Shown piece by piece: positions 49,301 to 62,600 of a stretch of 64,000 nucleotides of DNA (within the stretch, counting starts at the first letter, position 1; each line of letters opens with the position of its first letter). Source of the stretch: Lama glama (taxonomy: Eukaryota); contig CM052828.1 in NCBI GenBank assembly GCA_028534125.1, positions 60,264,001-60,328,000 on the forward strand, read 5' to 3'. The notes beneath the pieces were generated by a model. That model saw only the letters and a program-made list of their open reading frames with translations, had not been told where the DNA came from and did not search any database. Both the position numbers and the translations under genes were made by a program.

Positions 49301-50964
49301 CCCTGCTGATGTTCCGTGTCTGGATGTCTGTGCTGCTTCAGGCCCCGGTTCCCCCAAAGGTCGGGCTGCTCTCCTTTCCCTCCGGTCCCACGACCCCGGC
49401 AGTGGCTGTAGGTCTGTTTAGAAAAGGTCCGAGGAGCAAGTTACCATGTGCACTGGGTGTTATGAGAAAATTGAGTACCCCCCATGGAAGCTGCAGAGGC
49501 CCGAGTCGGCACAGCGTGCGGCGCGCTGCCAGTGCTTCGGAAGAGGCGCGGCGCCAGCCTCGCCGCTAGGCCTCTCACAGGGGCTTCCAGGAATGTTGAG
49601 TTGGTCTCTCTAAGTTTAACCTTTAACTGTGGGTGCCCCCAGCTCCTCCCCTACAGGCCAGTGGCACAGGGAGCTGGGGTGGCGTCTTGTAGCGCGGAGA
49701 GTCTTACAGGACCCAGCTCCCGCTCCCGGCCAGTGGCGACGCAGGGATCACCACCAGTGCCGGTCATGGGTTCCCGTCCAGCGGCTCAGAGCCTCGTGTC
49801 ACGGGCCGGGAGGAGGCTGGGGCTGAGGCTGACTCTCGGGGGTGACTGCCCTCGCAGTGGAAGGTCGCGGTGCTTCCTCAGTGTGGTAGCAACGCCTTCG
49901 GGCTGGTTTCTCCCTAGGCTTTCACCCAGGCGGGTGTCCCCGGCGCACCCCGACTGCTGCCCTCTTTCCGCCCTTACACCGCGTGGACTTCCTTGCCCAG
50001 GTGTTAGCAAGTGTCTTACCTAGTCTGCGGTCCTGACAAGCATTTTTTCAAGCACCTTGCTTCTTCTGCAATTGCTCTGTTCTTGTGAACGCATCGTAAT
50101 AATTTCCCGTTGCCACGTGCTCTGTAGAAAGCAGAGCTCCTGATAAACAAGAGACTCGCTGGGGAAAGGGCCCTTGAACCGTGGGGATTCCCTAGGAGGA
50201 TGAAGTGGGATGTGATTCTATACTTAACAAGATGCTCTCGAGGTAAAGCTGGCGTATTTTTATTTGGAAGACTGTGCGTATAAGTATAATGATTTAGTAA
50301 AATTAGTTAGCTCATACCTAGAATTTTGTTTCAAAAATATAGCTGTTGAACCAAGCAGGAAGGTTTCCTAGAGGGCGCAGACTGCGGCCTGGCCTTCTGC
50401 GGGAGGCTGGATGCCAGGTGGTGCAGCACAGCGTTCGGAGCTGGCGGGGCTGAGCGCGGCCGGCAGGGAGCAGGGCGGCCGATTTGGGGATCCCTTGCTC
50501 ACCAGCAGATTGACTTCTCCCCTCGGCGCCCCTTGGCAGAGCTTTCCTGCCCCCCCCCACGACAAGGCAGGGCTGAGCAAGTCCATTTCCTGTCTAGGCG
50601 TGTTTGCTTTGTGGCTTCTTTGCTGACTTGTGTTTGTGTGGTGCTCCTCCAATGCCAGGACTGTGAGTGCAGGAGGTGGTGTGTGTAATTGCAGAGGCCC
50701 CTTGGGTCGTTTTAGACACGAGATTTACATAAGGAGAGTGGACCCGAGCGCAGCCGGCGGGGAGGGAGGCAAGGCCCGGGTCACTCCAGAGGCTCGTCAC
50801 TCGGGGGGTCAGCACGTGAGCAAGTGCAAACAATGCAGACGGGCGTGTCTCACACACACGCTCGCACACGGTTGTCTCTTGCGGTCTGGAGTCGACACAA
50901 GCCCTCTGAAACCAGCTTGGCCCTGGTCGTGTTCTGATTCAGCCTAATCATGTGCAAGTCGCTG

Positions 50965-51100
50965 CCTCTGGAGCTCGGACACGCGGGCAAGTTCCTGGGG
51001 ACCCTGACAAAGTGCAAATTCTCATCCTTTCAGTTTGAGAGGGGCCCAGGGGACACTGGTGCTGTGGGTTTGGGGACCACGCTCTGAGCATCACAGCTCT
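50965..51100. mobile_element. MER5A-like hAT MITE fragment
   Basis: cctgggga...aaagtgcaaattc...ggggaccacgctctgagcatcacagctct. Confidence 0.5.
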
Positions 51101-51389
51101 GGGCCCCTTAGGGAATGAAGTCTAAGGATGGGAGGTCCCCGAGACCCTGCAGCTGCCGGATCAGAACCGCCACCACTGCGGGCAGGGAGGAGCCTGGTAG
51201 TGGGATGCGGCCACCACCTGGCCTGTCCTCGCGGGGTGACCTCCTGCTCCTGCCTGGCTGCCACCCAGACCTTGGTCCGTGGCTGACCCTGGGGTGAGGG
51301 CGAAGGTGCAGGCCAGTCACTCAGGAGGATGGTGGGGGGTGGGCCCTGAGCCCTTTCCTCTCCTGAGGTCTTTGCAGAAGAAACTCACC

Positions 51390-51735
51390 AGCCTCCCAAT
51401 GGTCCAAGTCAGAAAACACACTTTTCTTTTACTGAGCTTCTCCAGCCCATCTCCACCCTGTCTCCTAAGCAGCCCCCGGAGCCACTTCTCTGACCTTCAG
51501 CCTCTGCTGGGCACAGACCCCTCGCCGCTAGCCGTGACCTCCACCTGCAGTCTGCCCTGTCTCAGCCCCGTGGGTCCCTCCGGAAAATGCGAATTCACTG
51601 CTCTTCCTTGTGGAAGTGTCCAGTGGCTTCTCCTTGCCCTGGGGACAAACTTTACAGTCTTTAATTTGGCTGAGAAGGTTGTGTCATTGGATCCCTGCCC
51701 CTTCAAGTCTCACCTCTCACCCTCTTTCCAGGAAC
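51390..51735 (+). mobile_element. L2 fragment
   Basis: tccagtggcttctccttgccctggggacaaa...tttggc...aagg...ccctgcc...tctcacctc matches the L2 3' region. Confidence 0.55.
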
Positions 51736-51804
51736 CATCACCTACTGTGGGGCCAAAACAGTGAAATTACAACAGTTAACAACTCACAGTATGATGGTAG
51801 GAGT

Positions 51805-52025
51805 GGCTACCGCTCGCTGAGTTCTTCCTTAGTTAGCAGGCACGGACGCCACTCAGATACTGTTTTGTTTACGCTCATGATTGCTTAGTGTCACCAGTAT
51901 AATTACCTTTGTCATACAGGTGAGGGAACTTCAACACGGGAAAAAATTTTGAATTGTGTAAGTTAGCCCAGCTAACAAATGGAAGAGGGGCGGGGGCTTT
52001 CAGAGTGGTCTAGCGATGCAGGTCT
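51805..52025 (-). mobile_element. Degenerate MIR
   Basis: ctgagttctt...caggcac...tacaggtgagggaact...cagctaacaaatggaagag. Confidence 0.55.
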
Positions 52026-52046
52026 CCTGGGCAATGTAATGGCGGC

Positions 52047-52170
52047 GTGTGTGTAAGGGGGTGTGTGTGTCTGGGTCTGGGTATCTGTGTGTGTGCGCGT
52101 TTGTGTGTAAGGGGGGGTGTGTCTCTGAGTGTCTCTGTGTGTGTCGGGGTGTGCGCTTTGGGTGTGTTGA
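52047..52170 (+). repeat. (TG)n-rich compound repeat made of two diverged ~55-bp units
   Basis: gtgtgtaaggggg(g)tgtgt...tctgtgtgtgt...gcg(c/t)ttt occurs twice. Confidence 0.85.
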
Positions 52171-52331
52171 GCTGAGGAGTGAGGAAGACCACTGCTTTCT
52201 TTCTCTGGGACTGGAGACACCCCCCCATAAGAGGCCCAACCTTGTCCTGCGTCTACGTGTCCAGACTCTGCTCCGTGCAGAAGACACAGGGACTCCCTCA
52301 GACCGTCTTTTCTGACCCACAGACTTCAGTC

Positions 52332-52354
52332 TTCCCGGAACTAGGTCACGTGAC
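52332..52354. promoter_or_regulatory. Composite motif: STAT GAS + RORE + palindromic CLEAR/USF E-box
   Basis: TTCCCGGAA (52332-40), AACTAGGTCA (52339-48), GTCACGTGAC (52345-54). Motif match only. Confidence 0.4.
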
Positions 52355-54399
52355 GGGCTGGGATTTACATCGCACGTCGCTGCTCACTTGCCGTAGACCT
52401 GGTTGCATGCTGTGCTGACCTAAAGAGTAAGAATCTCATTTACCTTTAAAAATGGTTAGACCCAAATGTTCAGCTCGACACTGAAGCCCTCAAGTTTGGA
52501 GAAGAATCTCCTCCAGCTTCTGCTCTCGCGGCAGAAAGAAGAGTCGTGCGGGGCTGACAGGCCTTCCGAGCTCCCCCGTGTTCCCTGAGCCGGCGAGCGG
52601 GCGTCACGGCCGTGAGAGCCCGCCTGCTGCTGTCCGAGCTCCCCGGACCGGCAGCGCGCTCGTTCCGTGGCATCGGGCTGTCTCGTCCAGGTCAGTGTTT
52701 TCAAGGTGCTGGTCGGGCGCGGCTCTGGTTTCCTAGGTCTCCTCGCCCTGGTTCAGCTGTTCGGCATTATTTGGCGAGGAACAGAGACACCACAGCACGC
52801 CAGCCCGCATTTTATTCAAAACAACAAGCAAGCAGAACTTTGCTTCGGGGTTTAGCAAATCTGAGGAGACCTCCACCCACAAAGTCACAGGGCCCCTCCT
52901 CGTGCGTTTTGGAGAAGAAGGGGAAGAGTGATTCAAATATGTACTAGCTCAAAGTGAAGCCCAACCATGACATGCTGGGAGGAAGGTGGGTCACCCAGTA
53001 GGAAAAAGGTGAGAGATTGCCTGCTTTCACTTGCAGCCTTAATTGAAAAATGAGGGCGCTCTCTGCCTATGCTGCTGTCAGGAAGCAGGGCGTGCGTCCG
53101 GGGGAAGGCGTGCAGATGGACGGGAAGAGAAATGTGCAACGAAGGAGTTAGTACAGAGAAACTGTGAAAAAACACGACAGAATTTCCGGATGCCGTTTGT
53201 TCTCAGAAAAGTCTTAATAGCGACGCATCAGGTAGACCCTCCTGGGGACTGAGCGAGGACGTGCAAATCATGTCTATTTAGGGTTCACCCAGCTGGCCCC
53301 CTTCTCTCCCCCTCCGACCTCCCTCAGACGGTGGGTGACCCTCTGCTCCTCCCCTTCTCTCCCTGAGCGCAGGTGTGCTGCAGGGCGAGCCGGCTTTTTT
53401 GTTTTTCCTGGAAAGGGGGAAGTATAGGCCGTGGAATGATGGCGAATTCCCCTCTTCTTCCTCTGGTCCCCGACTCTGCTGCAGTGAATACTGGGGACCC
53501 ATGGTGGCCCTGATTCCCTCTGCCCCCGCCTTCCTCCTCTGAGCGCCTGGTCTCTCTCGTGCCAGCAGTGGGCTCCGCACCTTGCGCACAGTGGGTGCGT
53601 GGCAGATGCGTGTGGAAGGAAGGGTTCAGTGAGTTAATAAACGCTTGTTGAGGGGACCTGTGGCCATGGGCCAGAGCTCAGGTGTCGCGGCGAAGCTTCG
53701 GGGAAGGGAGTCTGGCTGAGGGCATCCCCTGCCGGCCCGGCAGCAGCCTGCGGCCCGGCTCTCACACCAGGTTCAGACTCCTGGTAAAAGCAGGTTTCCT
53801 CAATACTGTTTATTCTTATCATTTTGTTTTTCTTGTTTAAAATCTGTTTTATGCTCCTAAATCTTAATCCATTGATCCTAATGTTTTTTCACTTTGCACC
53901 CGGTGGGTTGCAGACTCTCACAGTCTCCCCTCTCCTCCATCTTTTGAGCTTTTTATCCCAATGGTTTGGGGATTCAGCTTTTATTTAAATCTCATCCACC
54001 ATCTCTTATTTTCAGTATGACTTTCTTTCGGAGGCGCACACCCCAACTGGGGCTGCTGGCAAGGGCTCTGCAATCAGAAATTCAGACGCAAAGCTTCTCC
54101 ACACGACATTCATGAAGACGTTTCCTTACATCTTCTGCTTGATGAGGGAAAAATCCTGCCCCACGAAGGCTTCTGAGTAACTGTTGCTGTGCATGACGTG
54201 AGGCAGGGAGCCTGCTTCTTGGCATCTTGGGGTCACCAGCGGTCCGTCCTTCCTCCCTCGTCCCCACGGCCGGCAGGGTTGGAAGCTGCGCTGCCTGGCG
54301 GCGGCGGGGTCCAGTGTCCGCCTGCTGGGCACCCCGCGTCCTGATTACCGCGCCTGCACAGCAGGTCTCCATGTCTGCTCTGGGTCATCCTAATTAAGC

Positions 54400-57300
54400 T
54401 GTTCCTATGACAGTTGTAGAAATACGGGTTTTGACCGCTTCTAACGCAGAAGTAACCCTGCAGTCGTTCCACTGGACCTGGGTTAAATGTGCTAACGATT
54501 TGTTAGTCCTTCTGCGTTTGTGTATCTGCGTGGGTTTGTTCGTGTGTAGGTTGGCCTGGCACTTTGTTGTGGTTTTGGTAATGAGCCCTGTAACGTGAGC
54601 TGAAGGAATGCTCACTCTTCACACAGCCCCGGACGGGTGAGCGATGCAGTGGTGCAGCAGGTGGTGGAACTCACCTGTGGAACCATCTGTATTTTCTTCG
54701 TGGGTAGATCTTGAAATATTGATTCGAGGCATTTCATGGTCACAGGCTCATTCAGTCCGATTGGGGTCAGTGCGGATAACTTATTTTTAGGGAGGAATTT
54801 GTTATTTCCACATTTTCTCCAAGTTATTTGACCTAGATGTGTTCTAGTACTCTTTGATATTTGGACTTCCATTGTGTATACGTAGTTATTTTTTCTCTTA
54901 TGCTATGCATATTTGATTTTCACTTTGTATTCTTCAGAGACTTGTTAATTTGATTAACCTTTTTCAAAAAAACAGATTCTGGCCTGGTTCACCCTTTCTC
55001 CCGTACTTCCACCGTTAACTGTGTTGCACTTCGTTCCTTGTTGTTTCTTCGTTTCGGTGGGTTTATTCTGCTATTCTTGCAGTTAATTAATCTCCAGCCT
55101 TTTTTTCTTTTCTAACATAACTTCAGGTGATAAATTTGCCCTGTATCATGACTCCGGCCACATCTCAAAATTATTGATACCTAGTATTTTTATTAAGTAT
55201 TTTCTAACGTCCATTATGATTATCATTTTGATCCGTAAGGTTTTCCTTCTCCCACTGGTATTAAGATGTGACTGACATACAGCACTATGTAAAGCTCAAG
55301 GTGTAGAGCTTGATGATTTGACATCATGTAGTGATCATGCAGTTTCTGAAAGCATTTTTTTTTACTTCACAGATAGATGAATTTGTTTTTAAATCATTTT
55401 GTCACTGATTTTGAACTTACCACATTTATTGGATCTAAAATGCAGTACAAGAAGTATTCAGATTTCAGAAATGTTAACTTGTGGGAAAGTGGCAGCAGCG
55501 CTCGTAAGTCCCTGATTGTAAGACTCCTCTCCATGTAGGGACACGAGGAACAGAGAGAAACCTGTGTCTCAGAAGCCGTAAAAGTCTGTTGCAATAAGAA
55601 ACCACATTAGGGCGCAATTTATTTTATTTCCTGGTATGTGGTCAGTATTTGCAAATGTTTCTCATGTGTTTAAAAAACATTTAGCTCTCTGCTTCTGTAT
55701 CTTCCTGTTATGTCCGCCTCTTTCGTAGTGTTACTCAGGTATTCCGTACGCTTGCTGAATTTTGTCTATTTGATGTATTGCTTTTTCACGTGAGGTGTTT
55801 TAAAAATCTACTTCTGTGATGCTAGGTTTTCCCGTTTTTCCTGGTAGTTCTATTTTTGTTTTATGTATTTTGAAACTGTTATTAGGAGCAAAAATGCTTA
55901 GGACTATTATGCTTTCCTGTCATACTGAGGCTTCATGCTCTTTATCGATATATAGTAACCTTTTTTTAATGTCTCTGGTAATGCTTTTTGCTCTAAGTCT
56001 TTTTGTTTTCAACTTATACCACCAATACATCAGGACCAGCTTTCTTTGGTTATTTGTTTGGAACATTATTTTTCCTTAAAAAATTTTTTTTACCTGTCTA
56101 TGCTCTTATATTTTAGGTATATTGCTTACAAACAATGAACGTATAGCTGGGATTTAAAAAACTTGGCATGATGATCTTAATCTTTTAATTAGGAAATTTT
56201 ATTCATTAATATTTATTGCAATTAGTGATATATTTGAATTCTTTTCTACTATTTTACTTTATGCTTTCTATTTGTCTTGCCTTTCTTAGGTTTCTTTTTT
56301 CTTTTTGTTCTTAACTCCTTTTAAATTAATTGAATCTTCTTCTTCCTCACTTTATTTTCCAACTCAATTTGGAAGTAATATATTCTATTTCTATGATATT
56401 GTTGATTGCCCTAAAATATCGATACTCCATAAGCCATTTGGCTTGACAGAGTCTACAACTAATATTTACCCTCTTTACAAATGACACAAGAAACATAGAG
56501 AGCTTTGATCATAAATTATATGTTGTAACTGTTCTGTTTCTGAGTTCTGGCTGGTTATTTTTAACCACACAAATTATATGTTATTATTTTCCACGGCTAA
56601 TGTTTGTTTAGACTTGTCCATATATTTACTATTTTCTTTGATAAACATTCCTTGTATCTCAGATCTGTTGTTTTTTATGAGATCCCTTCTCTCTTCCTAG
56701 AGTTCTCCCTGTAAAAATGCGTCTAATAATAGTCAATCAGGAAATTTTTAAAGTGTCTTTGTTCAATCATCATTTTAGAAAAATGCGTTTAACTGATTTT
56801 ATAATTTCAAGTCACATCTGTTTCCCCAGTGTTTTAGATGCGATGTCCTGCTCCTGGTTTGCCTGTCACTGTTGAGAGACTGGCTGTGTTTCTGAATCTT
56901 GTTTCGTTTTACGGAACCTATTTTTCCCTCCCATTAAGAAGAGTCTCTTTGTGTCATCTGTTTTCATCAGTGTCACTGGGATGTGTTTAAGTGTGAATTA
57001 TCTTTAATTACCCTTTTTGGGGTTTATGAAAATTCTAAATATGAAGTCATATCTTTGAAAAATATTGGGAAAACTTCACCCATTAATTTTTCAAATAATG
57101 TCTTTCTTCCATTCTATTTTCCTTCTAGAATTCTGACCAGAAACATATTTTATTTTCTCACGTTATGCTGCACCTCTTAAATATTACTCTGTATTTCCCT
57201 TCTATTTCCTTTCTCTCTCTGCTCTGTTCTGGGTAAGCTTTTGACAGTGAGGTCTAACTTCCAGTCGTAGGATTCTCTCTTTAGCTGCATCTAGTCTGCT

Positions 57301-57415
57301 GTGTAAACTTCCTATTAGGGTTTCTAGTTCTAATTATTAGATTTTTCATTCTTTTAAGCTCAGATTCTCTGGCCGTCATTCTGCATATGGTCCGGGAGAT
57401 TCTAGCTCTTATTAG
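54400..57415 (-). mobile_element. Long ancient L1 (L1M5/L1ME-type): ORF2 N-terminal half through the ORF1 region
   Basis: ORF 54612-54872 GLNEPVTMKCLESIFQDLPTKK matches the L1 ORF2 motif NLNRPITxxEIESVIKNLPTKK. T-rich antisense L1 text continues to ~57.4 kb (tcttcagc/tctagtctgctg-type ORF1 blocks). Confidence 0.8.
55241..55340 (-). mobile_element. Short younger L1 3' terminal fragment nested in the older L1
   Basis: attaagatgtgactgacatacagcactatgtaaagctcaaggtgtagagc...tgatttgac resembles an antisense L1MA9-type extreme 3' end. Confidence 0.65.
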
Positions 57416-58024
57416 TGCATTTCCCTCGTTGTTAAATTCACTGTCCCCTGTGAGAACATGTTAAGAAAAATAAAATGACTGTTTGATACCATTAACCTTT
57501 CCTTGAGCCTTGACCCTGTGGGCAGAAGTTGACCCGGGCACATGTCACACCAGTTCAGCAGAAATCCATAGACATTGATGTTTAGACCGAAATTGTGCAC
57601 TGATGCTCCTTGGAGCCGTGGCCAGTTTGTCGGAGGAGGCAGGAATCTCAGTGGGGAAGGACGAAGCTGTGTCGTAGATCCCTTCTCATTAGATTCCTGG
57701 CACTGACTGAATGGCTTTTAGGTGAGGCAGGGGACCACCTCCGTACGCAGAACACAAATGTCCCCCTGTGCACTCTTCTACGGCAGTGTTCTGTGGCGGA
57801 TCCTGACCTCCAGCTGAGGTGACACTGTTTATAATCTTCATACCGCTTGTTCCGAGTGTTCTGCACTCTCCTGCAGAATACGAATGTTTGATTAGTCTGC
57901 TGCCTGAGATCCCCCAGCATGTTAAATAATGTGTGGCATTTGGTAGAATTCCCTTTCTAAAATGCAGAAAGTTAACGATTCTGAAAAACAACCAGCCATG
58001 GGGATTTTAGACAAGAGAGCGCAG

Positions 58025-58122
58025 CCCCATTATACTTGCGTCACTGGGTTCTGGTGAGAGTTAAAGAACACAAAGTATAGCTTTTTACATGCCGCTGGGT
58101 TTGGCGTAAACCCTCAGTAAAC
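58025..58122 (+). mobile_element. Possible MIR 3' half
   Basis: gggttctggtgagagttaaa...gtaaaccctcagtaaa. Confidence 0.35.
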
Positions 58123-58532
58123 CGGGACCACTGCGCCGGTGGTCGTGCGCACGGGGCAGGAAGCGCCGCACCGGGCCCCTCCGTGCGTTCGCGGTGTCGG
58201 CCCCTCACACAGGTTGGCATGCGAGCTGCCTGAGCATTTAGAAACTCCGGCGGCGCAGGTGTACGGCGGGGCGGCGAGACTGAGAACTTAACGTCTGAAC
58301 GACTAACCGGGGAGGGGGAGTAACGGAAGGCAGAACAGTGTACTTAAGAAGTCAGATTAATACAGACGCTGAGGTCCTTCCCAGGTCCTTAGGGGGGCCA
58401 GCAAGATGGGGCCTGGCGTCTCAGCTTCAGCGGCTTCGTGATGGACACAGCCCTCTGGTGTGAAGGCTGCCGTGAGCACCTGTGCAGACGGTCCGTTCTG
58501 CGCATCCTCTCAGCCGTGCAGGGGCTTGGCTC

Positions 58533-58549
58533 GCTGCTGCTGCTGCTGC
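58533..58549 (+). repeat. (GCT)5 short trinucleotide repeat
   Basis: gctgctgctgctgctgc, seen directly. Confidence 0.85.
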
Positions 58550-60414
58550 ATCTGTGCTCTTGGTCCCCAGGGCATCGCAGTGGAATTCAGCGGAGGAGAT
58601 CTATGCAGCTCTGAGCCCGCAGCCTTCTTCACTTCCACTCAGTCTGGAAGAGACGGGGCTCTCTTCCAGGCAAGATGGAACGGCTTGTGGCTGAGCCCTC
58701 CAGGCAAGAGGTCAGCTCTGACACATGCTGCCCTCTGAGCCCAGCTGTGGGCCCACTTACCCTTGATAATTAGGAAGACTCTTGATAATGAAGAGAGATG
58801 CCCCACGAGTGAGAGAAGGGAGGCTCCGCTGATCCAGGAGCTGGTGTAGGCCTGGGAGGTGGAGGACCCAGGCTCGAGCCGCAGGGGGTCCAGTGTAAGC
58901 CTGAGTCCACAGGAGGGTGGGAGGGTCTCGCTGACCTGTTCATGGCAGATCCCCGCCCCTGCCCCGCCTGTCTCTCAGTGGCAAATTCGTATGACTGAGC
59001 TCTGATGGGGGCAGGAAGCTGAGCAGGACGGTGATGGGCAGGGTTGAAGCCGGAGGGGCGGAGATTGGAGACAAAAAGGAGGTGAGTCCTTGCTCCGTCC
59101 CCCAAAGAAGATGAGTTCTGCCCCGAGCGTGTGGAGAGTAGGTCCCAGCCTGCTCCTCGGGAGAAAGCGCTCCAGGTGGAAGGGGGTCTTGGGGGCACCC
59201 CCGTGGTGCCCGACAAGGCTGACAACTCGGTCCTCAAGCCTTCCCTGGTCACTTCCAAACCCTGCCTGTGGCCGGTGCCATGGTGAGCTGGCACTGGTGG
59301 GCCCGCACAGAGATTCCAGGAGCAGGGCCCAGGCGGCGTGGACCCAAGTGGGATGAACAGAAAATCAATGTGCAGGTACTTGTTTGGGGATAACAGCCTC
59401 CACCACCACGTGTGACAGTGAAATGTCAAAACCCTTTCAAAAGTGTCTGATACACTTTGTACCCTTTTTGAAGCCAGAGGAAACATTCCTTTGTGAAGTA
59501 GGCATGTGAAATCATAGAAACATAAAATGCAATCTGTTACTGAGCAACAAAACAAGAATATTAAAAATACCTCCCTCGGTGGGAAGAGTATGATCTCTAA
59601 GAACTGAAACCCAGTGGGTGGCACCTCGTGTCCCTTGAACAAACGGCAGAGGAACTGAAATCACGTTTACACAAAATGTTTACACAGAAGTAAGAACGTT
59701 TTTGAGTGTGATGTAAAACCGCGAGAGGGATTACTTTCAGCTCATTAAACCAGCAAACACGGGGAATAAATACATAATCCAAGTCCGAGGGGCTGGATCA
59801 GACCCTCCCACAGAACCACAGCTGGCGGCAGAGAAGGTGAACGACACACACCCCGCTGGGAGCCGCAGACAGAGCTCAGGAGCCCCACTCTGGGCACAGG
59901 GTGAAAGGACACCACGCTGCAGGGACCCACGCGGGACGAGAGCTGTGCGCCCTCCGCCCGCGGTGCTCCTGGCTGAGAGACGTTGGAGGAAGTCAGGCCA
60001 GCTCGGGCAGTGGCTCCAGACAGGCCTGTGCTGCCCTCACCCGACTCCACGGTGCTCTCGCTCCCTCGTTCGCTTCCTCCACTGTGGCCCGAACCACGCT
60101 GTTCACACTCAGCGTGGTGCCCTCACTTTCTGGGCTGACACCCTTTGACCGCCTGCTAAAGGCCACTTTGCTAAGCAGGATCACACACGGCTTTCTGGAG
60201 CAGGAGAGAACCTGGGAGACGTGGATGTTCTGTAGATGGAGATACTAGACAGGTGGAGCCCCGGGGGCCCACCCACCGCCAAGCCCCGAAATCAAGCAGA
60301 GAGGCGAAAGGGCTGCCGATCTGATTCTCTGTGTTCCGATTCTTGACATAAGTAATGACGTAACAGGCTGGGTCCTGGACCCAAAACGCCCCATGTGGAG
60401 ATGCTTTCTCATAG

Positions 60415-62600
60415 TTTGGTTTTTAAAAGAATTATATTGAACATAATCACTCTAATTGAAAGAATAAGTGCATGCTGATTATAGAAAAAGTAAATATTTT
60501 AAAGATCAGTAGAGACCATAACGTATGGGGAATTTTATATCCTGCATTTTCACTTAGAATTACACCATGAGAATTTTTCCGTATCATTAAATGCTTTTCT
60601 AAAATGATTTCTGAACATTATCCAGTGGTCTCTTATAAAATCATAGTTACTTTAAGTTGACTTATTTTAAAGTGTTTTTTTCTTGATGAACATCTAGGTC
60701 TTTATTCTCCAAGTTTGATATAGAAATTACAATTTAAGTCCTTGGTCAAAAATCTTAGTGTTTATTTCTGATTATTTCCTTAGGGGACAAAATCATGAAA
60801 CACGGTTGCTGGTTCGATAAGAGGAAAACATTTACAAGGCCCCTGAGACGCTGAGAAACCTGCACTCCAGGAAGTTCACACGAATGGACACACCCATCAG
60901 TAAGGTATGGGAATGATTCCTGATTCTGTTACGCTCGACAATCTGAGTATTGTTATTTTTGACAAATCCTTGCCATTTTGACCATGAAGAACAGTATCTA
61001 GTTTGAAGCTGTGTTCTTTCGGTCTTTAGTGAAGTTGAAGAGTTTTCATTCGCGACTCGCTGTGTATTGGTCTGCTTTCTGAATTGGTTATTTGTGTCCA
61101 TAATCTGTTCTTCTATGGAGGTGTTTTTTCTGATTTGCAAGTGCTTTTTATATATTGAGGTATTGAATAGCCTTCTGGGTACTGTACATGTTCGTAATAT
61201 TTCCCCCAATTTGTCGTTTGCCCTTGTATATTTTTTAACAGTAAAAGGGTCTGAAAATTTTAGGTTGTCAAATCCATCAGAATTTTCCTTAGAATGTCCA
61301 TTTTAATGCTCTGTTGACAAAATCTGTCTTCACATCATATAGCTACGCATATAAAATTTTCTTTCTCTGGTTCTCTTCTGACTTTGTTGTTGCAGTAATC
61401 CTGTAGTTTATTTAGATGCGTGATGTAAGTGTTAACATTTATCTATCTATCACTAATAGATAAAACGGTTATGTCAGATGAAGTTATTTAATATTTCTGT
61501 CTTTCTCCCCTGATGTAAAACGCGTTTGTACGTTACGCTAAAGACTAAAGCACAGTCTGGCTCTTCTGCTGTTTTGTCTGTGCTGTTGGCCCGCTGAGCT
61601 CATCGCTGGAGCTGTGCGGTCCTTGAGCTGGTGTGGGCGTACGTGCTGTGTTCTACGTGCAGCGATGGTTCACCTCCGTGTTATTTTTTCCTTTAAGGAT
61701 CTTTCTGTTTTCCTTACTCACTTATGCTTTCTTATGTAGTTGAATATAACTTGGTTAAAATTTGCGAAACTATGCTGTTAGACTTTTTATTGGAATTTCT
61801 TCCAGGGGTGAACTGACATTTTTATGACACATGTTATGGCTTTCTTATCTAGGAATAGTACAGGCTTTTATGATATTATTTATATCTGTTCCTTCAGTAA
61901 ATCTTGGTTGATAGAGATATGTTTTTCATTAGCGTTATTTTAATATCTTTTATGTTGCATGATTATTCTGAAGTTTTTCATTATTGTCAATAATAGGAAT
62001 TATGTTATTTTTTGTATGTGTTTTTCTACTGCCTGTCTAAATAGATACTGAAGTTTACATTATTTTGCAATTTTTGAATTATTTTTTGAGAGAGAGCTGA
62101 GAAGGAAGTGATGGTAATTTCGTCTCTTTCTAATTCCTCCAATTTCTAGACATGATGAACAGTGGGAGTGAAAGGGTGTCCTAGCACCGGCCTGTGCAGA
62201 GCATCCTCGCTGAAACAATACAGGCTATTGAGTCTCCATTTTGGATTCACGTCCCTTGTGAAGTTTTAAAATAATACATGTGTTTGGTTCCCATTGACCA
62301 TCATTTGATCTCATAAGCAAGCATTTCTTATTCTCGGCCTTTCCTTTGACGTTTCTCTATCTCCAAATAAATTATGTATTTTTACCTTTACTGATTAGAA
62401 AACAGTCAATTTAGCTTTTTGCATTTCTTCGGTGGCTGCCATTCATGTTCTTAGATCTGGGTTCAATATGTTATCCTCTGATTATCAGGGTCAGAAAGTA
62501 ACTCTCAGCTGTGAAAGGGGAGGAAATTCTCTCTCCTTCCTTCCCTTGAAATAATTTCTAAACATTTAAACATATAATCTGGGGTTTTTTAAAGCCAGAT
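60415..62600 (-). mobile_element. L1ME-type element, 3'UTR plus ORF2 C-terminus
   Basis: ORF 60832-61209 IYKKHLQIRKNTSIEEQIMDTNNQF matches IYKELLQINKKKxNPIEKWAKDMNRQF. DNA text tttctgattatttccttagg, ttgatgaacatctaggt, gtcaaatccatca. Confidence 0.8.

Noticed and set aside
20289-50378. CTCF-like motifs (20289, ~26277, 42314, ~50365)
   Set aside because: Each has mismatches at informative positions, and similar strings are frequent in GC-rich DNA.
58770-59642. Longest ORF (290 aa, minus strand)
   Set aside because: TTG start, no recognisable domain, compositionally heterogeneous. A chance stop-free run.
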